From the IMG/VR virus record IMGVR_UViG_3300035397_000030, positions 1 through 35,021 of that record: DNA of 35,021 bases; one strand, 5' to 3'. Origin of the DNA: a virus (lineage: Duplodnaviria > Caudoviricetes). The notes under the pieces are model-generated. The model was not told the DNA's origin. It was given only the letters and a program-made list of their open reading frames with translations, and did no database searches. Within the stretch, counting starts at the first letter, position 1, and each line of letters begins with the position of its first letter. Shown here piece by piece: positions 1-8,268 of this stretch. Made by a program: the position numbers and the translations under genes.

Positions 1-174
1 CAAGATGTTGCATCTGATATTTGGGTTGTTGTGCATAATTTAGGAAAGTTTCCATCAGCAACTATCGTCGATAGTGGTGGAACCGCTGTATATGGGGATA
101 TAAAGTACACCGATAACATGAGTTTAACCATCAGCTTCTCAGCTATATTTAGCGGGAAAGTATACTGCAACTAG
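1..174 (+). CDS. 3' end of a tail/tail-fibre-associated protein (partial)
   Basis: Frame 1 is open from the window start to TAG at 172-174 (QDVASDIWVVVHNLGKFPSATIVDSGG...KVYCN). Its WxVxHNL motif recurs at the C-terminus of the next ORF (VTHNLNT). Confidence 0.7.
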   Translation, partial: QDVASDIWVVVHNLGKFPSATIVDSGGTAVYGDIKYTDNMSLTISFSAIFSGKVYCN

Positions 175-186
175 GAGGATTTAATA

Positions 187-1476
187 ATGAAACTTTTAAA
201 CAATCTTGACCTACTAAAAAATCAGATACAAAACGTAGTACTTCATCTCTTGGGAACTGATCCGGCCGGTCAAGCGGGTCAAGTGTACTACAATACAACA
301 GATAATCGTCCAAAAGTTCACAATGGAACTAGTTGGTTCTATTTACTAACTAGTAATTTACTAGGTGTAAATAATGGTTTAGCGTCTTTGGACGGAAATG
401 GTAAAATACCAACCACGCAACTTCCAGACTCAATACTTGGTCAATTAGAATATCAAGGTGTTTGGGATGCTTCTGGTGGCTCAGCTCCTGGTTCTCCAGC
501 TAAAGGATTCTATTGGGTTATTTCTGTAGGTGGAACTATTAGTTCTGTTCCATATGGAGTTGGTGACTGGATAGTTTACAATGGGGCGACATTCGATAAG
601 GTTGATAATACAGACGCCGTAATGAGCGTTGCTGGTAGAACTGGCGCTGTAGTTTTAACGACTGCTGATGTAGCTGCGTCTGGCGATAGACAATACGTTA
701 CTGCTGCACAACAAACCGTTATTACAAATACTTCCGGCACTAATAGTGGTAATGAGACCGCTACAAGTATTGGTACCATAATTGTTGGTTCTGCTGCTAA
801 AGCAACTCCTGTTGATGCTGATAACTTTGGTTATAGTGACTCCGCGGCTTCGAACGTTCTTAAGAAGTTTACTTTCGCTAATATGAAGGCAGCTCTCAAG
901 ACTTATTTCGATACCTTATACAACAATTACTCCCATCCAAATCATACAGGAGAAGTAACCTCTACTGGCGATGGCGCAACAGTTATTGCGACTAATGCGG
1001 TAACTAATGCAAAGTTAGCACAAGTAGCGACTGCTACAATTAAAGGTCGTGTTACTGCTGCTACTGGTAATGTTGAAGACTTAACCGCAGCTCAAGTAAG
1101 AACGTTAATCAATGTTGCAGACGGAGCTAATAACTATGTACATCCTTCAACTGATGGTAGTTTGCACGTTCCTGCAAATGGTACGGGTAACAATGGTAAG
1201 TTTTTACAAGCAACTGGTGTAGCAGGATCATATCAATGGGCTAATGTTCCCGCTGGTATATCTAAATTCTCAGTAACAATTGGTAATGGTACACTAACAA
1301 GTTTACCAGTAACACATAACCTTAATACAAGAGCTGTTACAGTGACGTTGTTCGAGACAGCTTCTCCATACGCAGAAGTTCTCACTGATGTTGAGCATAC
1401 GGACTTAAATAATGTTACATTCAAATTTGCAGTAGCTCCAACAGCTGGACAATATACCGCTGTAGTAATAGGATAA
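187..1476 (+). CDS. tail fibre / virion structural protein
   Basis: 429 aa, Gly/Thr/Ala-rich, AGGAGG RBS. Contains motifs typical of phage fibres (NGLASLDGNGKIPTTQLP, SVAGRTGAVVLT, NNYxHP twice) and a C-terminal HNL domain. Confidence 0.75.
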   Translation: MKLLNNLDLLKNQIQNVVLHLLGTDPAGQAGQVYYNTTDNRPKVHNGTSWFYLLTSNLLGVNNGLASLDGNGKIPTTQLPDSILGQLEYQGVWDASGGSAPGSPAKGFYWVISVGGTISSVPYGVGDWIVYNGATFDKVDNTDAVMSVAGRTGAVVLTTADVAASGDRQYVTAAQQTVITNTSGTNSGNETATSIGTIIVGSAAKATPVDADNFGYSDSAASNVLKKFTFANMKAALKTYFDTLYNNYSHPNHTGEVTSTGDGATVIATNAVTNAKLAQVATATIKGRVTAATGNVEDLTAAQVRTLINVADGANNYVHPSTDGSLHVPANGTGNNGKFLQATGVAGSYQWANVPAGISKFSVTIGNGTLTSLPVTHNLNTRAVTVTLFETASPYAEVLTDVEHTDLNNVTFKFAVAPTAGQYTAVVIG

Positions 1477-1493
1477 TGAAAGGAAGATAAGCC

Positions 1494-3053
1494 ATGAAGT
1501 TTTTAAACGCTCCTAAAAATCATAATAATTTTGTATATTTGGGACCTTGGTCATCAGCCACAACCTATAAAGCTGGTGATATTGTGTCTAAAAGTACGTA
1601 TCTATACTACTCTTTAAGCACAAATACTAATTTAGATCCTCCGGCAAACACGAGTGATTGGATGGTTATAAATTTTGTCCCTTCTAATACTGGCACGAGT
1701 GGCCAAATACTTACAAAAACAGGGGCGTTAGACACTAACTACTCATGGCAAAATCCTCCGGCGGCTACTATTGATAAACATAACGTAATAGCTAGATGGG
1801 ATGCTACGGTAACATATACGGATCACGATATGGCTATAGATGCTTATGGTGTTCCATGGGCATCTCTTCAGAATAATAATATAAATCATGCAACTCCTTT
1901 GGACGGAACCTCTGCTAATGCTTGGTGGGGGTTTCCTCCTTTGGTGTCTAGTTCTACAGGAACTGCTGGCCAGGTGTTGACTAAAAATGGTTCTGATTGG
2001 AGTGACTATGGTTGGGGAAATCCTCCAGCAGCATTCATAGATCGAACGGACGTAGTTGCTAAATGGAGCGCTGTTACAGAATATGCAAATGGCGATATAG
2101 TAACGGACGCTAATGGCAATATATGGATGTCAACAGATGAACCAAATTTAAATAATACACCGGCCGCATTGAGTGATTGGTGGTCATTGGCTACAGATAT
2201 TTATCGAGAGTTTATTGATCTCAATAATAATATTTACAATCAAAATACGGCAGTTGGTGTGAATGCCTTGAATGTGTTAGGGACAAGCAAAGAATTAACG
2301 GCTATTGGATACGAAGCTTTAATGTCTAACAATCCAGACCTAACACAAGATGCTGGTAGATATAATACTGCTGTTGGTTATCGCGCTATGCGAGCAAATA
2401 CAATAGGTCATCATAACACCTCTATGGGTTGGAGTTCAATGGCTGCTAATACTACAGGTATAGGTAATACGGCAGTTGGCGAAGATGCATTAATGTCGAA
2501 TACAGTTAATGGTGGTAATTCGGCAGTTGGGGCTCATACTTTATATTTAAGTACAGGAGCAAATAATACGGCTATTGGTGGAAATGCGTTATCTAATAAT
2601 ACTACCGGATTTTATAATACGGCTATTGGTGCTGACACCGGTATTAGTAATTTTGGTGGGATAGGTACGGTTCAAACCGACGATAAATTAACATTTGTAG
2701 GAGCCTTAGCCAGTGTAGATAAAAGTGTAAACACTGGGCCATTTACAAATTCGACTGCTGTTGGCTATGGCGCAAAAGTCAATAAGAGTAATATGGTTCG
2801 TCTTGGTAATAGTTCAACAGTATCTGTGGAATCTAATGGCAATTTTGAAACCCTGGTTAATGGTGTAGGCTTTGTATCTAAGTCTCCGGACGGAACAAGA
2901 CATAAAATAGTCATAGAAGATGACGGTGCTATAAATGTAGTAAATTTAACAACTAGCGCTGAAAAAATACAACAAACAACTTTATACGGTACAGGAAATC
3001 CACCAGACCCAACGACTCTTCGTGAAGGGACTATTTACATCAAGTATATTTAG
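1494..3053 (+). CDS. receptor-binding tail fibre with three CBM5/12-like modules and NTA(V/I)G beta-roll repeats
   Basis: Three Wxxxx(T/E)YxxxDxV...NxxP...W modules, a duplicated GTxGQxLTK...WxNPPAA linker, then repeated NTA(V/I)GxxAL units resembling a YadA-like head. Confidence 0.7.
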   Translation: MKFLNAPKNHNNFVYLGPWSSATTYKAGDIVSKSTYLYYSLSTNTNLDPPANTSDWMVINFVPSNTGTSGQILTKTGALDTNYSWQNPPAATIDKHNVIARWDATVTYTDHDMAIDAYGVPWASLQNNNINHATPLDGTSANAWWGFPPLVSSSTGTAGQVLTKNGSDWSDYGWGNPPAAFIDRTDVVAKWSAVTEYANGDIVTDANGNIWMSTDEPNLNNTPAALSDWWSLATDIYREFIDLNNNIYNQNTAVGVNALNVLGTSKELTAIGYEALMSNNPDLTQDAGRYNTAVGYRAMRANTIGHHNTSMGWSSMAANTTGIGNTAVGEDALMSNTVNGGNSAVGAHTLYLSTGANNTAIGGNALSNNTTGFYNTAIGADTGISNFGGIGTVQTDDKLTFVGALASVDKSVNTGPFTNSTAVGYGAKVNKSNMVRLGNSSTVSVESNGNFETLVNGVGFVSKSPDGTRHKIVIEDDGAINVVNLTTSAEKIQQTTLYGTGNPPDPTTLREGTIYIKYI

Positions 3054-3064
3054 GAGGTAATTAC

Positions 3065-3901
3065 ATGGCAATAGATAGTTTAGACGGTCTTGTGAAGGGT
3101 ATGGGTCAAGGTATGAGATATCCTTTCCAGAAGGCCTCTATGAGCACTATGGTTGCAGGACATCAAGCTTCTTTATGGAGAGCAACCGGTGTTCCGACAC
3201 AAGCGGCAATACCAACAACAGCAGCTATTTGTGCATTTCCGTTATCTGGCTCGAATGCACTCCCTACAAAAGCCGCTGATCAACATCGCGTTTTAGCTCA
3301 ATTAACTTTTCAAATGGCTTTCGCCGGTAGTACATTATTAATAGAGGATCGCCTTATGCATATGGGCGGTCTTCTTGGTAACTCGGTAGCAATACAAACC
3401 GCAAATGTTAATCTATATTCAAACTTGGCTAATAATAATCTTGCGGAAAGAATTGGCGAGTCTGATTATTCCGAAGTCCAATGGTTTTTAGAATGGTATA
3501 CGGCTACAGGAGCAACGGTTTCTACACCAACAGCGCAATGTACTTTCCATGACGGTACTACAGGCAGTGTTAACATCTACGCTTGGGGTGCGACTGCTTT
3601 ACCAGCGTCAGTGGCAGCAGGTAGACGATATCGGATAAATCCGACAAATGGTAAATATATAAGATCGGTAGAGGCTGTAACCTTATCAGCGTCTACAGGT
3701 ACTGCTGGTAACTTTGGAGTAACGGCGGTTCGTCCTAGGGCTGCGGCACTCTGTCCAACAGCTAGCCAACTTACGACCATAGATTGGTCAATGCTTGGCG
3801 CACCAAGAATATTTGATCAATCGTGTATTACTTTTAGTCAGGCATGTATAACTACTACCTCTGGTGCGTTAGTTGGCGATATGTTATTCGCGGTGGCTTA
3901 A
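3065..3901 (+). CDS. hypothetical protein in tail module
   Basis: 278-aa ORF, AGGAGG RBS, Ala/Thr/Gly-rich. Confidence 0.7.
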   Translation: MAIDSLDGLVKGMGQGMRYPFQKASMSTMVAGHQASLWRATGVPTQAAIPTTAAICAFPLSGSNALPTKAADQHRVLAQLTFQMAFAGSTLLIEDRLMHMGGLLGNSVAIQTANVNLYSNLANNNLAERIGESDYSEVQWFLEWYTATGATVSTPTAQCTFHDGTTGSVNIYAWGATALPASVAAGRRYRINPTNGKYIRSVEAVTLSASTGTAGNFGVTAVRPRAAALCPTASQLTTIDWSMLGAPRIFDQSCITFSQACITTTSGALVGDMLFAVA

Positions 3902-3902
3902 A

Positions 3903-4496
3903 ATGTTACGGCGTAATATATATTTAAACAGGTCCCTGTTTAATCCTATCGGGATTGCTGCGCCAATGATACTTCAAACGGTATGGCCTCTACGGAATAA
4001 AGTTTGTATTAGTAATGTCTGGCGAGAGTGGAGTGGCGCAAAAGTCGCTTATATGGATGAATGGCGTGGTGTACTAAGTGTAAGTACAATAATAAATGGT
4101 GCATGGCAAACTAAGAGTTTAGAGTATAATGATATAGTTACTGATACAAGACCGGTATCGAATACGGTTGGAATATCAACAACTATAATACCATTTCGTA
4201 AATATACTTTTATATCTGATGCGGTAACAGGTATTGCGTCTTGGCGCCACGAGTTTCGTTTTAGAAAAAATGGCGTTGACGTCGATACGCCAACCGCTAA
4301 TATTAAATCGCTTGATAATTCCGCCGGATTATACTACAATACAGGAACTAAAGAATGGGTAAGTAATTATAACAATACTGGTCTATGGTTTAGTTTCCAA
4401 GATATTGATGCGGACGAAGTGGTCATCTACTTAAATAATTCACCAGGCGCCACTACTGTAAATAGTAGATTAACGTTAATACGACGAAGTGTTTAG
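3903..4496 (+). CDS. hypothetical protein in tail module
   Basis: ORF track gives 3873..4496. The ATG at 3903 lies right after the upstream stop (TAAAATG), suggesting translational coupling. Confidence 0.6.
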   Translation: MLRRNIYLNRSLFNPIGIAAPMILQTVWPLRNKVCISNVWREWSGAKVAYMDEWRGVLSVSTIINGAWQTKSLEYNDIVTDTRPVSNTVGISTTIIPFRKYTFISDAVTGIASWRHEFRFRKNGVDVDTPTANIKSLDNSAGLYYNTGTKEWVSNYNNTGLWFSFQDIDADEVVIYLNNSPGATTVNSRLTLIRRSV

Positions 4497-4508
4497 AAAA
4501 GGAGAATT

Positions 4509-4856
4509 ATGCAAAAATTAGTTAATGTCGAATTTGTAAAAGCTGCCTTGACAAGAGCGGTTAAGACTATGGCACAAACAGCCGTATCCTTAATGACGAT
4601 TGGTCAAGCGGTTACCGCTATGGACTGGAAGAATATTGTAACGATATCTGTTGGCGCGGGCGTAATGTCAATTCTAACAAGTATTGCTACAGGCATTCCA
4701 GGTACAGAAACTCCTACGGACGGAAAGATCTTGATAGATAATTCCGGCGATAGGGAAGTATTACGCTTAGCTTTAAATGAACCAACAGATTACTACCAAA
4801 ATAAGAAGAGTTTGACGCTAGAATTAGATGCTAAGTCAATTTTGGAGAAAAAATAG
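4509..4856 (+). CDS. r1t-like holin with extra C-terminal soluble domain
   Basis: KAALTRAVKTMAQTA...DW...SILTSIA matches the r1t holin pattern; two hydrophobic segments. Confidence 0.75.
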   Translation: MQKLVNVEFVKAALTRAVKTMAQTAVSLMTIGQAVTAMDWKNIVTISVGAGVMSILTSIATGIPGTETPTDGKILIDNSGDREVLRLALNEPTDYYQNKKSLTLELDAKSILEKK

Positions 4857-4867
4857 CAGTTTAAGAA

Positions 4868-5000
4868 AAAAGTGACCTCGTATACGGCGATTACAGCCAT
4901 TCTCCTACTGGTCCTCGACCAATTCCTTCAAAATGGGGGTAAACTCTAAGGAATAGGCGTATACCGCTTTATACGAGGTTTCTATATTTTTGGTCATTTT
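4868..5000 (+). ncRNA. candidate structured intergenic RNA/DNA element
   Basis: Perfect 10-bp inverted repeat ACCTCGTATA (4875-4884)/TATACGAGGT (4970-4979) encloses nested stems TGGTC/GACCA and ATTCCTT/AAGGAAT. No ORF with an RBS. Confidence 0.4.
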
Positions 5001-5023
5001 TAAGACATCTAAAGGAGGTTTAT

Positions 5024-5656
5024 ATGTCAGAATATATAGAACATGGTAAAAAAGGTATGAAATGGGGCTATACCAATGGCGTAAAGAATGGTAAGAAGAC
5101 TGCCGTGGATGAAGTGGCAGGATTACTAGCTAAGCGCGCAGCTACACGTACCACCACTAGTCAAATACGTCAAGACTTTGCTAAAGCCGATGTTAAGATT
5201 AAAGATGATGCCAGAGTATTTGTTGATATTAATGGTAAGTCTGTGGAAATAAAAAATGGCGGCGGTGGCTTTTATGCTAATGGTACACCTATAGCAGAAT
5301 ATACGAAAAAAGAAATGGATTATGCGAAAGAGTTAAAAGATGCAATAAATGCTATTAAAACTTCAAAAAATGGAACTGGACCAAGTCTAGTTAAAAAGAA
5401 CTTTGATCCACTCGTCCTAAAAGCTGGGGAGGCTTTCTTGAAGCTCATAACTAATCGCCAGAATGCGGTTCTTGCGGAGCAAGCTGCTAAAAATCGTGAG
5501 AAGAATCCAATATCCGAAAAGGTTCAAAACAAACGAGATAAAGATCAACGAGAGGGTAAATTTACAAAAGACTTAAACAAGGTATGGCGAGACAGCAGTA
5601 ATATAATATACGACCAAAAAGTACTTGGTTTAGCACAAAGAAGAAACAGAAACTAA
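5024..5656 (+). CDS. basic protein with N-terminal HGKKGMKWG motif
   Basis: AAGGAGG RBS. N-terminus MSEYIEHGKKGMKWG resembles the H-x-G-x-KGMKWG motif I recall from related siphovirus proteins. Confidence 0.75.
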   Translation: MSEYIEHGKKGMKWGYTNGVKNGKKTAVDEVAGLLAKRAATRTTTSQIRQDFAKADVKIKDDARVFVDINGKSVEIKNGGGGFYANGTPIAEYTKKEMDYAKELKDAINAIKTSKNGTGPSLVKKNFDPLVLKAGEAFLKLITNRQNAVLAEQAAKNREKNPISEKVQNKRDKDQREGKFTKDLNKVWRDSSNIIYDQKVLGLAQRRNRN

Positions 5657-5669
5657 AGGAGAATAAATT

Positions 5670-5894
5670 ATGAATACAGCCACCGTAATACTATTAATAA
5701 TGAATATTTTTTTAGTCCTAACACTTATATATGTCCTTAAAAGGAAGTACAAGTGCGAGGGTGAATTACAGATTGACTCCTCCGGAGAAGATACGGATAT
5801 TTACCGATTTGTCCTTGACGAGTATGCCGACAATCTTGCGACTAAAACGTCCGTTAGATTTAAGGTTGTTCGTGACGTTCATTTTACGCGATAA
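5670..5894 (+). CDS. small membrane protein
   Basis: N-terminal TM helix; soluble part resembles the holin C-terminal domain. Confidence 0.75.
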   Translation: MNTATVILLIMNIFLVLTLIYVLKRKYKCEGELQIDSSGEDTDIYRFVLDEYADNLATKTSVRFKVVRDVHFTR

Positions 5895-5914
5895 AATCGT
5901 ATGTTATAATAGAA
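5887..5914 (+). promoter_or_regulatory. CGCG-N14-TATAAT promoter-like motif, copy 1
   Basis: cgcg ataaaatcgtatgt tataat agaa. Confidence 0.75.
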
Positions 5915-5948
5915 GACATTACGTCTTCGAAAGGAGGAAAGAAAAGTC

Positions 5949-6275
5949 ATGTTTAAAAAACAAACGAATTGGGGTCGCAAATTAGCGGAATCTCAGTTAG
6001 ATTATCTTTACCTTGAAAGGGATCGGTATTCACCATTAACGGAAGAGTACCAGTGCTTAACGGCACGCATAAAAGAGGAGACCGAGGCAATTAAGAATTT
6101 GGCTAGCGCTGTAGCAAGCGACAAGACAAAAACGAAAATTAATTGGGAACCTTGGATAGGTGCGGCTGTTGGAGTTGCTGGTAATATTACGTTAGCGATA
6201 TTAACGATGCAATTTCAAGAGAAGGGGCATCTACCGGATTTCAAGATAATGGGTCTATTCAAAAGTCGTGGTTAA
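5949..6275 (+). CDS. hypothetical protein with C-terminal TM segment
   Basis: 108 aa, AAGGAGG RBS, hydrophobic stretch WIGAAVGVAGNITLAILTM. Confidence 0.75.
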   Translation: MFKKQTNWGRKLAESQLDYLYLERDRYSPLTEEYQCLTARIKEETEAIKNLASAVASDKTKTKINWEPWIGAAVGVAGNITLAILTMQFQEKGHLPDFKIMGLFKSRG

Positions 6276-6295
6276 TTCACGGCTTTTCTTTTTTT

Positions 6296-6319
6296 CGCGG
6301 AAAATTCATTTCCTATAAT
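6296..6319 (+). promoter_or_regulatory. CGCG-N14-TATAAT motif, copy 2
   Basis: cgcg gaaaattcatttcc tataat agag. Confidence 0.75.
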
Positions 6320-6347
6320 AGAGATTACTCGCGAAAGGAGAACAATT

Positions 6348-6602
6348 ATGAACAATACAACGTATATAGAAGTTGCAATAGACAAAGAAGATGATATGTA
6401 TGAGGATTTAATCAAGGACTTAATTAAGTGGGTGCCAAAACTAAAAGGACGCAAAGGCCGTTATAAAGACGGTAAAAAGCACTATAGTGGGCACCTAACT
6501 AAAGAAGAACTTGACGAATTCTTATTACTAACAAAAATGAGTCCATGGGGCGGAAGTTATGAGTATGGATATTATAATGGTAAAAAATGGATAGAGAGTT
6601 AA
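6348..6602 (+). CDS. hypothetical protein
   Basis: 84 aa, AAGGAGA RBS, lies between promoter motif and terminator. Confidence 0.75.
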   Translation: MNNTTYIEVAIDKEDDMYEDLIKDLIKWVPKLKGRKGRYKDGKKHYSGHLTKEELDEFLLLTKMSPWGGSYEYGYYNGKKWIES

Positions 6603-6610
6603 ATTTCAAA

Positions 6611-6635
6611 AAGAGAACGTAAGTTCTTTTTTTTT
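6611..6635 (+). terminator. intrinsic terminator
   Basis: AAGAGAAC-gtaa-GTTCTTTT followed by a T run. Confidence 0.65.
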
Positions 6636-6663
6636 CGCGGAAAAAACATATCCTATAATAGAA
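6636..6663 (+). promoter_or_regulatory. CGCG-N14-TATAAT motif, copy 3
   Basis: cgcg gaaaaaacatatcc tataat agaa. Confidence 0.8.
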
Positions 6664-6685
6664 ATTATTAAAGGAGGATTTAAAA

Positions 6686-6826
6686 ATGGATATAGGAAGT
6701 ATATTATTAGGGATGTTAATTTTGGTATTACTAGTAGTCATTATTGTGGCTGTAGTATTATTGAGAGGTGTATTCAAAATATTATTCGGAGGAATTTTCC
6801 GTTTAATGAAACTAATCAAAAGATAA
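6686..6826 (+). CDS. 46-aa membrane peptide (not in ORF track)
   Basis: AAGGAGG RBS; MDIGSILLGMLILVLLVVIIVAVVLLRGVFKILFGGIFRLMKLIKR. Confidence 0.75.
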   Translation: MDIGSILLGMLILVLLVVIIVAVVLLRGVFKILFGGIFRLMKLIKR

Positions 6827-6837
6827 TTCAAAGGATC

Positions 6838-6866
6838 GAAGCTAGAAATTAGCTTCTTTCTTTTTT
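6838..6866 (+). terminator. intrinsic terminator
   Basis: GAAGCTA-gaaat-TAGCTTC followed by a T-rich tail. Confidence 0.65.
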
Positions 6867-6894
6867 CGCGAAGAATTCGTATGCTATAATAGAA
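6867..6894 (+). promoter_or_regulatory. CGCG-N14-TATAAT motif, copy 4
   Basis: cgcg aagaattcgtatgc tataat agaa. Confidence 0.8.
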
Positions 6895-6919
6895 AATAAA
6901 TTTTAGGAGGAAAAGCATT

Positions 6920-7123
6920 ATGAGTAAAGAAGGATTAATAGAAACTTGTTTAGAATTAGAATCGGAGATTAATTGTATACACGGTACAAACTATTCATTA
7001 CCATATTTAACAGGTGTTGGATATGTAAGTGGATTAAATAACGTATATGATTACGACGAAGATCAATTGAAACAAGCTATAGAGATAGGCACTCGTATGG
7101 CATACAACCAAGAAGAAATGTAA
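6920..7123 (+). CDS. hypothetical protein
   Basis: 67 aa, AGGAGG RBS, cassette context. Confidence 0.75.
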   Translation: MSKEGLIETCLELESEINCIHGTNYSLPYLTGVGYVSGLNNVYDYDEDQLKQAIEIGTRMAYNQEEM

Positions 7124-7130
7124 TTTCTAA

Positions 7131-7164
7131 AGAGGATTAAGGAAACTTAGTCTTCTTTTTTCTT
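7131..7164 (+). terminator. intrinsic terminator (repeated at 7822 and 19775)
   Basis: AGAGGATTAAG-gaaa-CTTAGTCTTCT followed by a T run. Confidence 0.7.
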
Positions 7165-7192
7165 CGCGTCTAAAACATTGCCTATAATAGAA
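7165..7192 (+). promoter_or_regulatory. CGCG-N14-TATAAT motif, copy 5
   Basis: cgcg tctaaaacattgcc tataat agaa. Confidence 0.8.
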
Positions 7193-7214
7193 ACTATTAT
7201 AAGGAGGAATTAAA

Positions 7215-7478
7215 ATGAGAGATTTGTTAGAGCTTATTAAAGCATTATTTGGAGGTATCCACATTGGATTGATGGCAGGAGTAAACATGTATTATATTGG
7301 CGTATTTAATAAAAAAATACCGTGGCTATTAGCTGCGTTTATTATGATTATTATGATACCAGTTAATTTAATATTGTTAGTGTTCTCGCTAATCAAATAC
7401 GGGTGGAAAACAATGGTCGTAATGACTATAAAGGAAGTCGATCGATGTCTTGAAATGTATAAGGACGAGGAAGAATAG
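7215..7478 (+). CDS. membrane protein
   Basis: 87 aa, hydrophobic segments, AAGGAGG RBS. Confidence 0.75.
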   Translation: MRDLLELIKALFGGIHIGLMAGVNMYYIGVFNKKIPWLLAAFIMIIMIPVNLILLVFSLIKYGWKTMVVMTIKEVDRCLEMYKDEEE

Positions 7479-7512
7479 TAGAAAGAGGGTATAACAACCC
7501 TTCTTTTTTCTT

Positions 7513-7536
7513 CGCGAATAATTCGTATGCTATAAT
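7513..7536 (+). promoter_or_regulatory. CGCG-N14-TATAAT motif, copy 6
   Basis: cgcg aataattcgtatgc tataat gata; preceded by a GAGGGT/ACCCTT hairpin and T run. Confidence 0.75.
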
Positions 7537-7576
7537 GATAAATATTATTTTTTATAATCTAAAGGAGGATTTAAAA

Positions 7577-7813
7577 ATGAATAAAAGAGAAGTATTAGAA
7601 ATGGCAGTAGCTAGAAAAAAAACTTTGCAGAAGTTATTAAAGATCACGAAAAGGGATGCAGATATCATGTTTGAATTTGACAAGGATGGAGATCACCCAT
7701 CGGACTTTACTAAAAGACTGCATAAAGACGTTTCAAGTTGTATGACGGATATAGCATTACTCGATTACATCATAGAAGATCTTGAACAAGAGGTTAAAAA
7801 AGAAGAAAAATAA
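7577..7813 (+). CDS. hypothetical protein
   Basis: ORF track starts at 7535; the AAGGAGG RBS supports the ATG at 7577 (MNKREVLE...). Confidence 0.75.
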   Translation: MNKREVLEMAVARKKTLQKLLKITKRDADIMFEFDKDGDHPSDFTKRLHKDVSSCMTDIALLDYIIEDLEQEVKKEEK

Positions 7814-7821
7814 ATATCGAA

Positions 7822-7855
7822 AGAGGATTAAGGAAACTTAGTCTTCTTTTTTCTT
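7822..7855 (+). terminator. intrinsic terminator identical to the 7131 copy
   Basis: AGAGGATTAAG-gaaa-CTTAGTCTTCT followed by a T run. Confidence 0.7.
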
Positions 7856-7879
7856 CGCGTCAAAAACATCCCCTATAAT
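7856..7879 (+). promoter_or_regulatory. CGCG-N14-TATAAT motif, copy 7
   Basis: cgcg tcaaaaacatcccc tataat agta. Confidence 0.75.
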
Positions 7880-7917
7880 AGTAGTAGTAAAAATATTATA
7901 TTATTGGAGGATTTAAA

Positions 7918-8193
7918 ATGAAGAAAGCATTAAGAATTTACAACCAGTACAAAACAGAAATGTTGTTGGCAATAGCCATATACATCACAATGATAGGCAT
8001 TTATTTGCTGTCAATGCGACATGTCGATTTCGACGCTCGTATTGCCGGTAGAGAGGTTATCTATAATTACATGATGGTATATGATATTCCAACAGCGGTT
8101 GGTTATTTTGTAGTTGGTTGTGTATTGGCTTATTTTGGAGGATTATACATCTCTGAGAAATGGGATATACAAATTAAGATTACTAAAAGATAG
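7918..8193 (+). CDS. two-TM membrane protein
   Basis: 91 aa, two hydrophobic helices, GGAGG RBS. Confidence 0.75.
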   Translation: MKKALRIYNQYKTEMLLAIAIYITMIGIYLLSMRHVDFDARIAGREVIYNYMMVYDIPTAVGYFVVGCVLAYFGGLYISEKWDIQIKITKR

Positions 8194-8216
8194 AGGCGAA
8201 AGTCTCTTTTCTTTTT
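8192..8216 (+). terminator. intrinsic terminator
   Basis: AGAGGC-gaaa-GTCTCT followed by a T-rich tail. Confidence 0.65.
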
Positions 8217-8244
8217 CGCGACTAATACATTGCTTATAATAGAA
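8217..8244 (+). promoter_or_regulatory. CGCG-N14-TATAAT motif, copy 8
   Basis: cgcg actaatacattgct tataat agaa. Confidence 0.8.
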
Positions 8245-8268
8245 TTAAAAATCTAAGGAGGAATTAAA

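Noticed and set aside
187-4496. Diversity-generating retroelement or invertase-driven tail-fibre switching
   Set aside because: No reverse transcriptase, recombinase or adenine-variable template/variable repeat pair was seen in the window.
5731-5985. Alternative + strand ORF 5731-5985, and the long starts at 17632, 19757, 20326, 24812 and 29294
   Set aside because: They run through promoters, terminators, iterons or the upstream gene and have no RBS; for the long starts, downstream RBS-backed ATGs are better supported.
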